This document shows, piece by piece, positions 1 to 10,700 of a DNA stretch of 64,000 nt. Source of the stretch: Candidatus Eiseniibacteriota bacterium (GTDB taxonomy: Bacteria > Eisenbacteria > RBG-16-71-46 > CAVPCR01); contig CAVPCR010000003.1 in assembly GCA_963702435.1 (NCBI GenBank), forward strand, positions 64,001-128,000. The letters run 5' to 3'. Position numbers and translations under genes: made by a program. Numbering within the stretch: the first letter of the stretch is position 1; each line of letters begins with the position of its first letter. The notes beneath the pieces were generated by a model. That model was not told where the DNA came from. It worked only from the letters and a program-made list of their open reading frames with translations, and did not search any database.

Positions 1-746
1 TGCGCTCTTTCTCTTTGGTAGTCAGTTCTTTCTTGCGCGGCTTTTTTTCGGTTGAAGCAACTTGCTGACCTTGGGCTCATATCCTTGAAAGCCTGTGTCC
101 TTATGCAAGCGGATGTGTCTTAGGATAGGAGATATTCTCTGTGTCGGCCACGTTTTTGTCGTGTGTTTTTCCTGGATAGGTCTGGCTGAGAAAGGAAACT
201 CGCTTTTTCTTGGCAGTGGCAATCACGACATTCTTGTCACTGTGGATTTTCTTCTTGCCACTGTAGTGCAAAGCCTGTTTTTCGGCCTGTTTCGGCCTCT
301 GACGGCGTCTTTCCGTGCCGTCAATAATCGAATCAACCGCATCTTTTCGATCTCGTACTCACTTCTTCTTGAACTTTTTCGGGTCTCGTTCGGGCACATA
401 CCCAAGATCATCCAAGGCTTGTTTCAGAATGGGTAAAAGTTGTGGATCCACTCATTCGCTTGGGACTGACCCATCCCAAACAACTCGCCCATCACCGATT
501 GCAATGGATAGCTTTTCTGGTACACCAATGCAAACAGCAATTTCTGTTCGATGTTCGCCAAGAGCGCCTTTGCGACCTCCACCTGCTTTCCGTTTTCGCT
601 CTTTCCCTGCCTTTGTTTTGAGGCAGGATACTTCTCAGATAGGCTCGCTCAAAGGCTGGCAACAGTAAATCAAATTCTTCTGGCGTCAGACTGGTCAACG
701 AAACAAATTTCCTTGGGCTTTTTTTGAGTTCATCGTAAGTTAGCAT
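1..746 (-). mobile_element. DDE transposase (IS5/ISL2-like, HTH_Tnp_4 + DDE_Tnp_4 type), frameshifted, runs off the window edge
   Basis: Fragments across frames: MLTYDELKKSPRKFVSLTSLTPEEF, ELFGMGQSQANEWIH, IIDGTERRRQRPK, YSGKKKIHSDKN, YPGKTHD, DTGFQG. The IS end is probably near 756-781. Confidence 0.8.
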
Positions 747-780
747 TCGCCTATCATAACGCTATTTCCGATAAAGTCTA

Positions 781-946
781 ATACTCTGGAATTTCCACCT
801 TGCCAGTTCTCGCCGGGCAGGAGATTCATCTTCGTCCAGCCAGGGATCCATCCCTTTGACGCAGATAGCGATACAAATTTCGCGCACGGCGGGTTTATCC
901 GCCTTGGCGTGGCAGAGAAAAACTTTGAGGGGCGCTGTTCAGTCAT
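781..946 (-). pseudogene. N-terminal fragment of a TIR-domain protein interrupted by the IS
   Basis: Joining frames gives MTEQRPLKVFLCHAKADKPAVRE...GMDPWLDED/NLLPGENWQ, a typical TIR_2 start, which stops at the IS end. Confidence 0.6.
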
Positions 947-1043
947 GTCAGGAATCCCACCGCGAGGATGATTCGATTATAAGGCAAAATAATCTCAATC
1001 GGAAATCCGTGAAATCCGTGGCAAAAACAGGCCTATTTTTGAC

Positions 1044-1073
1044 TTGACAAATTTAGAACATTCGTTCTACAAT
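1044..1073 (+). promoter_or_regulatory. Sigma70 promoter TTGACA-N18-TACAAT with a LexA-type box (TAGAAC-attc-GTTCTA, 1054-1069) in the spacer
   Basis: Consensus -35, near-consensus -10, a GAAC-N4-GTTC palindrome, and RBS AAGGAGG at 1094-1100 before ATG 1106. Confidence 0.75.
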
Positions 1074-1105
1074 CCAGCCAAGTTCACCCACCAAAGGAGG
1101 CTGAG

Positions 1106-1687
1106 ATGAACAATTCTTACTCAAAATACAAAGCTGGTGACGGAGTTGGAGCGCTGTGGCGCAGTCTCACCCGCGGGCGCGGCTTCAACCGCGGCGCGGC
1201 CTGGGGCGCAATGATCATCGGCGCCCTGCTGGCCTTCGAGATTTTCAATTTCAGCACCACCCAATTCGCCCTGCTGGATGTGCTCGGCACTCTTGAATTC
1301 GCGGGCATGCGCTGGGCATCCATTCTTGCCGTGGCATTCTGCGGCATTGACTTTGCAGGCATCGCCCGCATCTTCACCCCCGAACAGGGCCGCGACGAAC
1401 CCACCGAGGTATGGTATCTCTTCGGCGCGTGGCTCCTGGCCGCGGCCTTCAACGCCAGCCTCACCTGGTGGGGCGTCTCGGTTGCCATCGTCAACCACTC
1501 CAGCGCGGCCGCGGGCGCGGTGGTCAGCAGCGCCACCCTCACCAAAGTCATCCCCATCTTCGTGGCCGTCATGATCTGGCTGATCCGCGTGCTCATCATC
1601 GGCACCTTCTCGCTTGCGGGTGACCGCCTCTTCTCCACCGCCAGCGGATACACCCCGCGTCCCTACCAACCTACCCCAACCACATAG
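1106..1687 (+). CDS. Hypothetical multi-pass membrane protein, probably truncated at the junction
   Basis: Strong RBS and about four hydrophobic segments. The stop codon coincides with the composition break. Confidence 0.75.
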   Translation: MNNSYSKYKAGDGVGALWRSLTRGRGFNRGAAWGAMIIGALLAFEIFNFSTTQFALLDVLGTLEFAGMRWASILAVAFCGIDFAGIARIFTPEQGRDEPTEVWYLFGAWLLAAAFNASLTWWGVSVAIVNHSSAAAGAVVSSATLTKVIPIFVAVMIWLIRVLIIGTFSLAGDRLFSTASGYTPRPYQPTPTT

Positions 1688-2890
1688 CGCATCGAGGCGC
1701 CCGGCGAGACCGTCGAGCCGGGCGGCGCGCTCCGGTGTGAGCGCGCGCCCGGCGCCCGCGAGTCGGAGGAGCGCACGCTCGGCGCGGGCCAGCGCCCGCC
1801 CGCGCCGCGCCGCGAGCGCCGCCGGCAGGGCGCGCGCAAGGGTCTCGAGGCGCAGGGTCGCGCGCTCACACCGGCGCCCGAGCGTCGCGGAAAGCGCCCG
1901 ATCGAGGTCGTCGAGGCGCTGGCGGGCATCGTCGAGGGCCAGCTCCGGCCGCCGGAAGGCGTAGCTCGCCCGCAGCGCCGCGAGACGGCGCTGCTCGCCG
2001 GCGAGGCGCTCCCTCATCTCCTGTCCGAGGCGGCGCTCGCTCTCGGCCAGCCGGACCAGGAGGCGGCGGGCATCGGGGACGACGAGGGCGGCCGCGTGCG
2101 ACGGAGTCGCGGCGCGCTCGTCGGCGACGAGATCGGCGAGCGTGACGTCGGACTCGTGTCCGACGGCGCTCACGACCGGGATCGCGGAGGCGGCGATCGC
2201 GCGGACCACCGGCTCCTCGTTGAACGCCCAGAGGTCCTCGAGCGCACCGCCGCCGCGGCCGACCACGAGGACCTCGGCGCCGCCGAAGCGGTTGTGGAGC
2301 TCGATCGCGGCGGCGATCGAGGCCGCGGCCCCCGCCCCCTGCACGAGCGCCGGGGCGAGGAGGATGCGCACGCCGGGGGACCGCCCGCGGGCGAGGCGCA
2401 CGAAGTCGGCGAGGGCCGCTCCGCCCGGCGCGGTGACGAGGCCCACGCAGCGCGGGAAAGGCGGGAGCGGTTTCTTGCGCTCGAGCGCGAATAGTCCCTC
2501 GGCGTCGAGCCTGGCCTTGAGCTTCTCGAGTGCGATCGCCTGCGCGCCGCGGCCGGCCGGCGCCATCGCCGACACCTTGATCTGGACCTGACCCTGCTTC
2601 TCGTAGACGTCGATGAGCCCCGTGACCTCGACCTGGAGGCCGTCCAGCGGCGTGAACCGGAGGTAGAGCGCGTCGCTCTGGAACATGACCGCGCGGAGCA
2701 CGGCGTCGCCGTCGCGGAGCGTGAAGTAGAGATGCCCCGAGGGGAGGTGACGGCGGAAGTCGGCGATCTCGCCGGCCACCACGACGGCCCGCGGGATCTG
2801 GATCTCGAGCGCGCGCCGGATGAGGCGCACGACCTCGCGCACCGTGTACGGGCGCTGGCCGGGGGCGAGCTCGGCGGGCGAGAAGGCCAT
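1686..2890 (-). CDS. xseA: Exodeoxyribonuclease VII large subunit, 3'-truncated at the junction
   Basis: SGHLYFTLRD, GLVTAPGGAALAD and VGRGGGALEDLWAFNEE..SAVGHESD. Similarity ends at RLDAL, just before the expected SPL..RGY. Confidence 0.92.
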
Positions 2891-2900
2891 CAGCGGACCA

Positions 2901-3824
2901 CTAGCGGCCGGCGGCCCCGGCGCGCACGCCGGCGGCGGGCGCCGCGGCGGCCAGCGCGGTCGCCGCCGCCACCGTGTTGTGGACGAGGGCCGCGATCGTC
3001 ATCGGGCCGACGCCGCCCGGGACCGGCGTCACGGCGCCGGCCACCCGGGCCACGGACTCGAAGTCGACGTCGCCGACGAGCCGCGTGCCGCTCGGCGTGC
3101 CGGGCGCGGGTACGCGATTGATCCCGACGTCGATGACGGTGGCCCCGGGGCGCACCATCTCGGCGGTGATCAGGTTCGGCTGACCGCTGGCGGCGACCAG
3201 GAGGTCGGCCGTGCGCGCGATCGCGCCGAGATCGCGCGTGCGCGAGTGACAGAGAGTGACCGTGGCATCGCCGAGCGGATCGCGCATCGAGAGGAGCGCG
3301 GCCAGCGGCCGGCCGACGATCGCGGAGCGCCCGACGATCACCGCGTGCGCTCCGCGCACCGCGATCTCGTGACGCCGGAGCAGCTCGCGGATACCGAGCG
3401 GCGTTGCCGACACGAAGCGCGGCCGCCCGAGCATGAGGAGCCCCTGGTTCATGGGATGGAGGCAGTCGACGTCCTTGGCCGGGGGAATGCGCTCCTGCGC
3501 CTCTGCGGCGTCGAGGCCGGGCGGGAGCGGGAGCTGGACGAGGATGCCGTGCACCAGGGGATCGGCGCCGAGGCGATCGAGCGCGTCCTCGAGCTCGCGC
3601 TGGCCCGTGCTTGCCGGGAGATGGAGGAGCGAGGAGCGAATGCCGGCCTCCTCGGCCACCCGGCCCTTGTTCCGCACGTAGACCGCGGAGGCGGGGTCCT
3701 CCCCCACCCAGACCACGGCGAGCCCCGGCACGATGCCGCGCTCTGCCGTGAGCTTCTCGACCTCCGCTCTGAGCTCGGCGCGCCACGCGGCCGCCGTGGT
3801 CTTCCCGTCGAGGATGAGGGCCAT
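2901..3824 (-). CDS. folD: Bifunctional methylene-THF dehydrogenase/cyclohydrolase
   Basis: MALILDGK, HGILVQLPLP, KDVDCLHP, GRSAIVGRP, TPVPGGVGPMT. Confidence 0.97.
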   Translation of the reverse strand: MALILDGKTTAAAWRAELRAEVEKLTAERGIVPGLAVVWVGEDPASAVYVRNKGRVAEEAGIRSSLLHLPASTGQRELEDALDRLGADPLVHGILVQLPLPPGLDAAEAQERIPPAKDVDCLHPMNQGLLMLGRPRFVSATPLGIRELLRRHEIAVRGAHAVIVGRSAIVGRPLAALLSMRDPLGDATVTLCHSRTRDLGAIARTADLLVAASGQPNLITAEMVRPGATVIDVGINRVPAPGTPSGTRLVGDVDFESVARVAGAVTPVPGGVGPMTIAALVHNTVAAATALAAAAPAAGVRAGAAGR

Positions 3825-3874
3825 CGTATCTCCTCGCGCCGCGCTCGGCGCCGGTGGTGCGCCGGCCGCGTGCG

Positions 3875-4672
3875 TCACGTTCGCCGGTGATCGTCGACGG
3901 CGAGGAGGAGGCGCCGGATCGCGCGCGCGCGGCCCGTGTTCTCGTCGACATCGAGAAGGGCGGCGGCGAGCCGCGCATCACCGGTCGCCGTCGCCAGGCG
4001 CCGCGGCGTCTGCTCGAGAAAGCGTCCGATCGCGATCTCCTTGACCACACCGATGACCGAGTCGTATGGCCCGGTCATGCCGACATCGGTCAGATAGGCG
4101 GTGCCGCCCGGCAGCACGCGCTCGTCCGCGGTCTGCACATGCGTGTGCGTACCGAGGACGGCGCTCACCCGCCCGTCGAGGTACCAGCCCATGGCGATCT
4201 TCTCCGAGGTGGCCTCGGCGTGGACGTCGACGACGATGATCGGGGTCTCCAGGCGAAGCTGGGCGACGAGCTCGTCGGCGGCCCGGAACGGGCAGTCGGT
4301 GGTCGGCATGAACACCCGGCCCATGAGCGAGAGCACGCCCACCTTGAGACCGCCGTCGGTCGTGAACACGCCGCAGCGGGCGCCCGGCACCGGGGCCGGG
4401 TAGTTGGCCGGACGGAGGATCCGCGGCTCGCGGTCGATGAAGTCGCGGATCTCTCTCTTGTCCCAGATGTGATTGCCGCCGGTCAGCACGTGTATGCCGA
4501 GGTCGAAGAGGTCGTCGGCGACCTCCCGCGTGAGTCCGAAGCCGCCCGCGGCGTTCTCGCCGTTGGCGATGACGAGATCGATGCGCTCGGCGGCGCGCAG
4601 GCGGCCGAGATGGGCGGCCACGGCGGTCCGGCCCGGGGTGCCGACCACATCACCGATGAAGAGGACTCTCAA
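3875..4672 (-). CDS. ymdB: YmdB/TIGR00282 family metallophosphoesterase
   Basis: LFIGDVVG, NGENAAGG, TGGNHIWD, HAEATSEK, GTHTHVQTAD, TDVGMTG. TTG start at 4672. Confidence 0.93.
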   Translation of the reverse strand: MRVLFIGDVVGTPGRTAVAAHLGRLRAAERIDLVIANGENAAGGFGLTREVADDLFDLGIHVLTGGNHIWDKREIRDFIDREPRILRPANYPAPVPGARCGVFTTDGGLKVGVLSLMGRVFMPTTDCPFRAADELVAQLRLETPIIVVDVHAEATSEKIAMGWYLDGRVSAVLGTHTHVQTADERVLPGGTAYLTDVGMTGPYDSVIGVVKEIAIGRFLEQTPRRLATATGDARLAAALLDVDENTGRARAIRRLLLAVDDHRRT

Positions 4673-4785
4673 GCATCCGCCCCCGGCCCGGCGCTCGCGC
4701 GGGCGAAAGTGGCACCGGCCGGCCACGCCAGAGGCGGGGCCGGCCGGGACTCGCGGCGGAGCGCGCGCGGGGCGCGCTCCGCAGG

Positions 4786-4978
4786 AAGATTCCCCGCCAT
4801 TGTGCCGTTCGATCTGAGCGTTTTGAACCTGGATGACTCCAGGTGGGTACCCGCGGAGGGCGCTTCGCGACCCCACCTACTGGAGGTGGGTTCCGCATCC
4901 CCGCCCCGATGCAGGCTCCCCTTCGGATAGTGTTGGCTCAAAACACTGCGATCGTGACGAACACGACAGGGAAACCTT
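4786..4978 (-). ncRNA. ssrS: 6S RNA
   Basis: About 190 nt directly downstream of zapA, the usual locus. Ends are complementary (GGTTTCCCTGTC...GGCGGGGAATC) and TTTTGAGCC pairs with GGTTCAAAA around a central bubble. Confidence 0.85.
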
Positions 4979-5021
4979 GTTGGTTCCAACCCTCCTCGAC
5001 GGCTCCAGGGTCCGCGCCGCG

Positions 5022-5327
5022 CTAGCTGTCGACCGGTTCGGCGTCCACCGCGGCGGCGAGGAGGAGCTCGATCTCGCGGGCCCGATCGACGACCGAGGCG
5101 GTCGCCGCGTCGACCTCCCGGCGCTCGCGTTCGAGCTCGTCGGCCATGTTGAGCAGGGCGAGCACGGCGACGCGGAGCGGGGAGTTGATGCGCTGCCGGT
5201 CGGCGATCTCGCGCATCCGCCGATCGACCTCGCTCGCCATGCGTCGCGCATAGGCGGGATCGTCAGGTCCCTTGATCCGGTACTCGCTCCCGAAGATGGT
5301 CACGGTCAGGGTCGAATCCTGGCTCAC
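5022..5327 (-). CDS. zapA: Cell division protein ZapA
   Basis: VTIFGSEYRIKG..VDRRMREI..RVAVLALLNMADEL. Confidence 0.92.
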   Translation of the reverse strand: MSQDSTLTVTIFGSEYRIKGPDDPAYARRMASEVDRRMREIADRQRINSPLRVAVLALLNMADELERERREVDAATASVVDRAREIELLLAAAVDAEPVDS

Positions 5328-5368
5328 GCTGGCTCCCTTTCCTCGAGCGCCGCCAGCGGCCGCCCGCG

Positions 5369-5641
5369 TCAGGCCATCTCACCCTCGAGCCACTGGAACT
5401 TGCCGAGGATCGTCTTCAGGCGATCGGCGATCGCATCGCGCTCGGTCGTCAACCGGTGCCACTCCGCCTCGATCCGGGCCGGCCGGGCGCCATCCACGGC
5501 CGCCGGGTGCGTCGCCGACTCGATCTGCCGGCGGAGTGCTGCATTTTCGCGCCGCAGATCGTCGATCACCCGGCTCGCTCTCTCGACCTCGCGCTCGAGG
5601 TCGTCGAGCGCCTTGAGCGCGCGTGCCTGCGAATGCTCCAT
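5369..5641 (-). CDS. Small coiled-coil protein, ZapB-like
   Basis: Heptad-rich 90 aa ORF immediately upstream of zapA. Confidence 0.65.
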   Translation of the reverse strand: MEHSQARALKALDDLEREVERASRVIDDLRRENAALRRQIESATHPAAVDGARPARIEAEWHRLTTERDAIADRLKTILGKFQWLEGEMA

Positions 5642-5810
5642 CGGCCCACCTCGTGCGTGAACGAACCGCGGTGCTCACCACCATCATGCCGACGCAGTGC
5701 AGCGTAACAAAGGCGCGGAGAGCATGTCAAATGCGAGAGCCCGGCCGCGGGGCCGGGCTCAGGGTCATGGCTTGCAAACGGACGGCGGACGCACGCGCGC
5801 CGCGCGGCAC

Positions 5811-6161
5811 TCAGACGCCGCGCGCCGTCTCGGCCAGGCGGGCGAAGGCGCCCGCGTCGCGCACGGCGAGATCGGCCAGCATCTTGCGGTCGATCGCGAC
5901 CTCGGCGCGCTTGAGACCGGCCATCAGCGTCGAATAGGTCAGGCCGTTCAGGCGGGCCGCTGCATTGATGCGCACGATCCACAGCCGCCGCATCTCGCGC
6001 TTGCGCGCCCGGCGGTCGCGATACGCATAGCGCCCGGCGCGGAGCACCGCCTCGGCGGCGGACTGATACAGACGCGAGCGGCCGCCCACGTAGCCGCGCG
6101 ACTTGCGGAGGATCTTCTTGCGCCGGGATAGCCCGGGGACGACGGTTTTTGCTCTCGGCAT
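5811..6161 (-). CDS. rplT: 50S ribosomal protein L20
   Basis: [38 protein letters not shown]. Confidence 0.98.
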   Translation of the reverse strand: MPRAKTVVPGLSRRKKILRKSRGYVGGRSRLYQSAAEAVLRAGRYAYRDRRARKREMRRLWIVRINAAARLNGLTYSTLMAGLKRAEVAIDRKMLADLAVRDAGAFARLAETARGV

Positions 6162-6252
6162 CGGTCAGTTCCTTCGTACGCGCCGTTCGCCGCCGCGCGG
6201 CGTCTTCCGCTCCGCTCTCCGCGTGCGGTCCGGCGCGTTCCCTCAGGTGCTC

Positions 6253-6450
6253 CTAGCCCTGGCCCAGGAGGCGGAGCGCCCGCTTCTCCTCGCTCGGGTG
6301 GAGGATCACGTTCTGGCGCAGCCCCCGCTTCCGCTTGCGGCTCTTCGAATCGAGCAGGTGCCCGGCATAGGGGCGCCCGCGCTTGACGTGGCCGGCCCCG
6401 GTCACGCGGTAGCGCTTGGCGGCCGATCGGTTGCTCTTGATCTTCGGCAT
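6253..6450 (-). CDS. rpmI: 50S ribosomal protein L35
   Basis: MPKIKSNRSAAKRYRVTGAG, between infC and rplT. Confidence 0.96.
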   Translation of the reverse strand: MPKIKSNRSAAKRYRVTGAGHVKRGRPYAGHLLDSKSRKRKRGLRQNVILHPSEEKRALRLLGQG

Positions 6451-6687
6451 CTTGACCTCGACAGGCGATCTCCGGACCCGCGTCGGTCTCGGGCCCACGA
6501 AAAACCGGAAGCAAGAAGCGTAGGCGATCCCGGGCTCGGGCTCAAGCCCTTTCCAAGGCCCGGCAGGGCGTCCACCCCGGACCGCCCGCGGGCCGCACCG
6601 CACGAAAGGCCCCAGGCCGCCCGCCGTCTCGCGGTCGAGGCCCGCCCTGCCCGGTCGGCCGAGCCACGGTCGCGCGCTCCCGGCGAC

Positions 6688-7392
6688 CTAGGCCCCGGCG
6701 TCGGTCTCCGCACCCTCCGTGGCATCGGGGGCCATGTCAGCCGCGTCAGGGGCCCGTTGGGTTGTCTCAGCGGCCTCCAGGACACCGGCGGCTGCGATTT
6801 CCGCTCCCTCTTCCGCCGTCCGCGGGCGCGGCTTGGGCACGATCTTGGCCGGCCGCGGCGCCACGACGGTGGACAGGTTCCGTCCCTCGAGCTTCGGCAG
6901 GTGCTCGACCACGCCCATGTCCGTGATCTCGGAGATGACCCGGTCCATGACCCGCTGGCCGAGCTCGGGATGGGCCATCTCGCGCCCCCGGAACATGATC
7001 GTGAGCTTGACCTTGTGGTGCTGCCCGAGGAACTTGCGGGTGGAGGCGAGCTTCACCTCGTAGTCGTGATCATCGATCTTCGGGCGGAGCTTCACTTCCT
7101 TGACGAGGAAGCTGTGTTGCTTCTTCTTGGCCGCACGCTGCTTCTTGGCTTCCTCATACTTGAACTTGCCGAAGTCCATCACCCGGCACACGGGCGGACG
7201 TGAAGTCGGCGAGACCTCGACCAGGTCGAGGCCCTTCTCCCGCGCGAGCGCCAGCGCATCGCGCGTGTCCATGATGCCGATCTGCTGGCCTTCGGCGTCG
7301 ATCACCCGCACCTGGGGAACGCGGATCCGTTCGTTGGCGCGGGTTCGCTTGTCAGACGGGCCGCCGCCGCGGCCGAAAGGCCCTGTACTCAC
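6688..7392 (-). CDS. infC: Translation initiation factor IF-3 with an acidic C-terminal extension
   Basis: NERIRVPQVRVID, PPVCRVMDFGKFKYE, MFRGREMAH. Confidence 0.97.
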   Translation of the reverse strand: MSTGPFGRGGGPSDKRTRANERIRVPQVRVIDAEGQQIGIMDTRDALALAREKGLDLVEVSPTSRPPVCRVMDFGKFKYEEAKKQRAAKKKQHSFLVKEVKLRPKIDDHDYEVKLASTRKFLGQHHKVKLTIMFRGREMAHPELGQRVMDRVISEITDMGVVEHLPKLEGRNLSTVVAPRPAKIVPKPRPRTAEEGAEIAAAGVLEAAETTQRAPDAADMAPDATEGAETDAGA

Positions 7393-7521
7393 TGGGCGAG
7401 CCCCCGCCCCAGGGGCGATGTGCTAAGCGGCAAACGCTCTCTCCCTCGAAAGTGACGCCTGTAGGGAAGTGAGGATGGAGCACCCCGGGAGCGGGCTCCC
7501 TCCTCGCGATCAGCGCCAGGT

Positions 7522-7598
7522 TGGTGGGCGATAGTGGACTTGAACCACTGACCTCCTGCATGTCAAGCAGGCACTCTAACCAGCTGAGCTAATCGCCC
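7522..7598 (-). tRNA. tRNA-Val(GAC)
   Basis: GGGCGATTAGCTCAGCTGG..TT-GAC-AT..GGTTCAAGTCC..ACCA. Upstream TTGACT-N16-TAGCCT at 7622-7649. Confidence 0.97.
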
Positions 7599-7656
7599 AC
7601 GCTAAACCAAGCTCTAAAGCGAGGCTAGCACAGGACCTCGGGAAGTCAAGAGGTGG

Positions 7657-7696
7657 CCGCTGCAGCCGGGGCCGCGCGCGGCCCCGGCTGCAGCGG
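7657..7696. terminator. Perfect 40 bp GC-rich palindrome downstream of the large secreted-protein gene
   Basis: CCGCTGCAGCCGGGGCCGCG followed directly by its exact reverse complement. No U-tract. Confidence 0.55.
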
Positions 7697-7714
7697 AGAG
7701 CCACTCCCCCCTGT

Positions 7715-10700
7715 TCACTTCATGAGGATGAGCTTCTGCGTGCTCGACCAGTCGCCCACCGTGAGCCGCGCGAAGTAGATCCCCGAGCTCGCCGGGCTGC
7801 CGCTCCCGCCCTTGCCGTCCCAGGTCACCGTGTGGCGCCCGGCCGGGTAGGTGCCGGCCGTCAGCTCGCGCACTGCGCGCCCGGCGAGGTCGAAGACCAC
7901 GAGCCGGACCGCCGTGCGCTCCGGCAGGTCGAAGGTGAGCGCGGTGGACGGGTTGAACGGGTTCGGCACGTTGGGATGGAGAGCGAGGATGGCCGGCGTC
8001 GCCAGCGCCACCCCGGTGATCGGGCCGAAGAACTCCGACTCCCCGGTTCGCGACACGGCCTCGAGCCGGTAGCGATACGTGCTACCGGGGACCGCGGTGC
8101 GATCGGCGAAGCTGTACGGGCTCTCCCCCATGAGCGGTTCGGGTCCGGTCAGCCGCTCGTACTCACCGACCTCCCTCGCCCGCCAGATGTGGTAGCCGAG
8201 GTGGTCCATCTCGCGGCGCGTCGTCCACGAGAGGACGATCGCCCCCACGTCGCCCCGCGCCGTGAACTCGGCGAGCTCGACGGCGGCCGGCACGTCCGTG
8301 GTGCGGAAGCGATACCAGCCCGGGCCGTTGAGGACCGAGCTCTGCCCGTCGGTGGCACGCACGCGCCACACGTAGCTCGTGGCGTGGGCGAGCGGTACCG
8401 GCCAGGTGAGCGTGGTGTCGGCCAGCGCGACCAGCGAGTCGCTTGCCGCCATGGTCGAGTCGGTGCCGACGTAGACCACGTAGGCGATCCCGACCGGACC
8501 CGCCGCGCGCCACGCGAACGTGGGTTGATAGACGACTCCGGTGTCGGCGTGCGCCGGGGCGAGGAGCTGGAACGGACTCGGCGCCGAAGCGACGGAGAGG
8601 GTGAGCGTGAAGTCGTCCACCGAGTTCTGCTCCTGCCCGCGGAGCGCCACGCCGGCGTAGCGCGTGGCGACGTTCCCCTGGCGCTTGATCGGGTCGGTCA
8701 GGCGCGAGTGGAAGTCGTCGCCGACGTACACATCGAAGTGATGTCCGGTCGGGTCCGAGGACAGGAGGACCTTCCACGTATCGCCTGATCCCGGCGGGTT
8801 GGTGAGACCGCTCGCGGTCGTGACGAGTCCCACGTTCGCTCCGCTGCGGATCTCGGCGAGCGTGCTCATGTTCTGGAACGGATCGATGCGGACCCAGTAG
8901 CCGCTCGCGCTCCCGCCGGCGGCATCCAGCATCAGGGCCAGACCGCCGCGCAGGATGCCGTCGGGGCTGACGCCGGGACCCCAGCGGAAGCCGGCGGCAT
9001 TCGGGTTGGTGCGCGGCGTGTACACCACGAGGTCGAAGCTGGTCGTCGGCGAGATGTTGCGGAGCTCGTTCCCGACGATCTGCATGTTGCCCAGGTCCCC
9101 CAGCCAGGCGGGGCCGAGGGTCGCCCGGTTGAAGTTGTCGGTCGCCACCACGACCGGTGCGGTGGCGAAGGTCCAGGTCTGGCTCGAGGTCGCGAGTCCC
9201 CCGCTCGGATCCGCGGCCTGCACCCGCCAGTGGTAGGCCGTGTTCGAGGCGAGCGGCGTGCGGATCAGGGCCGAGGTCCCGAGCGTCGGCGGCAGGATCA
9301 ATGGGCTTCCGAAGTACGGATCGGTGTCGTAGGACACTCTGTAGGTCACCTGGTCGCCGGGGTTCGGATCGTTCGCCGGCTCCCAGCGCAGTTCCGGCGC
9401 GAGCGAGTAGACGATGCTCTGATCCGTCGGAGTGATGAGGTTGAACGGCTCCGGCGGCAGGTTCAGGTTCTGGCCGAGGACCACGAACTCCTCGACGTTG
9501 TTCGCGGAGTCCTCCCCGAGGAGGAGTCCGGCGTAGGTCACGGCCGCGGTGCCCTGGCGGCGGTTCGGATCGGTGAGACGCGCGTCGAAGCGATCGTTGA
9601 TGTAGCACTCGAAGCGGTGGGCGGCGGCCTCGCGCACGAATACGACCCGCACGACGTCGCCCGGCTGCGGAATCGGATTCGCCCCGGGTACGTCGATCCC
9701 GAGGGAGGATCCGAGCTCGCCGTTGATGACCTCCCACACCGACCAGCGCTGCGCGCCGCCCGTGTTGCGGAACACGAAGTAGCCGCTCGCGGTGGCGGAC
9801 GGGGCGTCGAGGCCGAGGAGGCAGCCGCCGAAGCCGATGCCCTGGGTCGTGGCCATCTCGCTCCATCGCCACTCGACGGTGACCGGGCTCTCGACGCGCG
9901 TGTACACGGCGAGGTCGGAGAAGCCGGTGGCCTGGCCGTCGAGCTCGCCGTTCACGAGCGCGTAGCTCGGGTCGGCGACCCAGTCGCCGCCGAGCGCCGT
10001 CCGCTCGAAGTCATCCAGGACCTGCTGCAGGTTCCCGGTCGAGAGCGTCCACGGAGACGAGTAGGTGGAGGCACCCACCGGGTCCTGGGCTCGCACGCGC
10101 CAGTAGTAGGTGGTGTTCGCGGCGAGCGGCACGCCGGTCGAGTAGCTGTTCACGGCCAGGTTGTCGACGCGCCGCGTCGTTCCCGGCGGGAAGTCCGCAT
10201 CCGGCGACAGGAACACGTCGTAGGTCACCTGCTCGCCGTTGGGGTCGGTGGTCGACTGCCAGCCGAGGCGCGGATTCAGGTTCGGGAGCACGGCAGCGTT
10301 GGCCGGCGTCAGCAGATTGAACGCGAGCGGGGCCGCGTTGGTCGACACCGCTTCCACCCGCCAGTCGGCCACGTTGTTGTTCGTGCCGCCTGCGCAGACC
10401 ACCCCCGCCCAGAAGTCGCCGTTGCCGCGGCGGCGGAGCGGATCGACGAGCACGCCGTCGAGGACGCCGTTCACGTACACGGCGAAGCGGTGGCCCTCGG
10501 CGTCCGAGGAGACGGCGACCTTGACGCGGTCGCCGGCCCCGGGCGCAGGGCGCATCGACGGCTCCGTGTCGACGAGCGTCGCCGGCGCTCCATCGACGAT
10601 CTCGCGCAGCACGAGCTGCTGGTCACCGGCCGTGTTGCGATACACGAGGTAGCCGTCGGCGGTCGCCGGATCGGTGCCCTCGAGGCGGCAGGCGATACCT

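Noticed and set aside
996..1026. AAATCCGTG tandem repeat as a regulator site
   Set aside because: Only two full copies, and it resembles short intergenic REP-like repeats, so no function can be supported.
1121..2890. 589 aa XseA with a novel C-terminal domain
   Set aside because: The extension is read-through across the junction into the antisense strand of the 1106-1687 gene.
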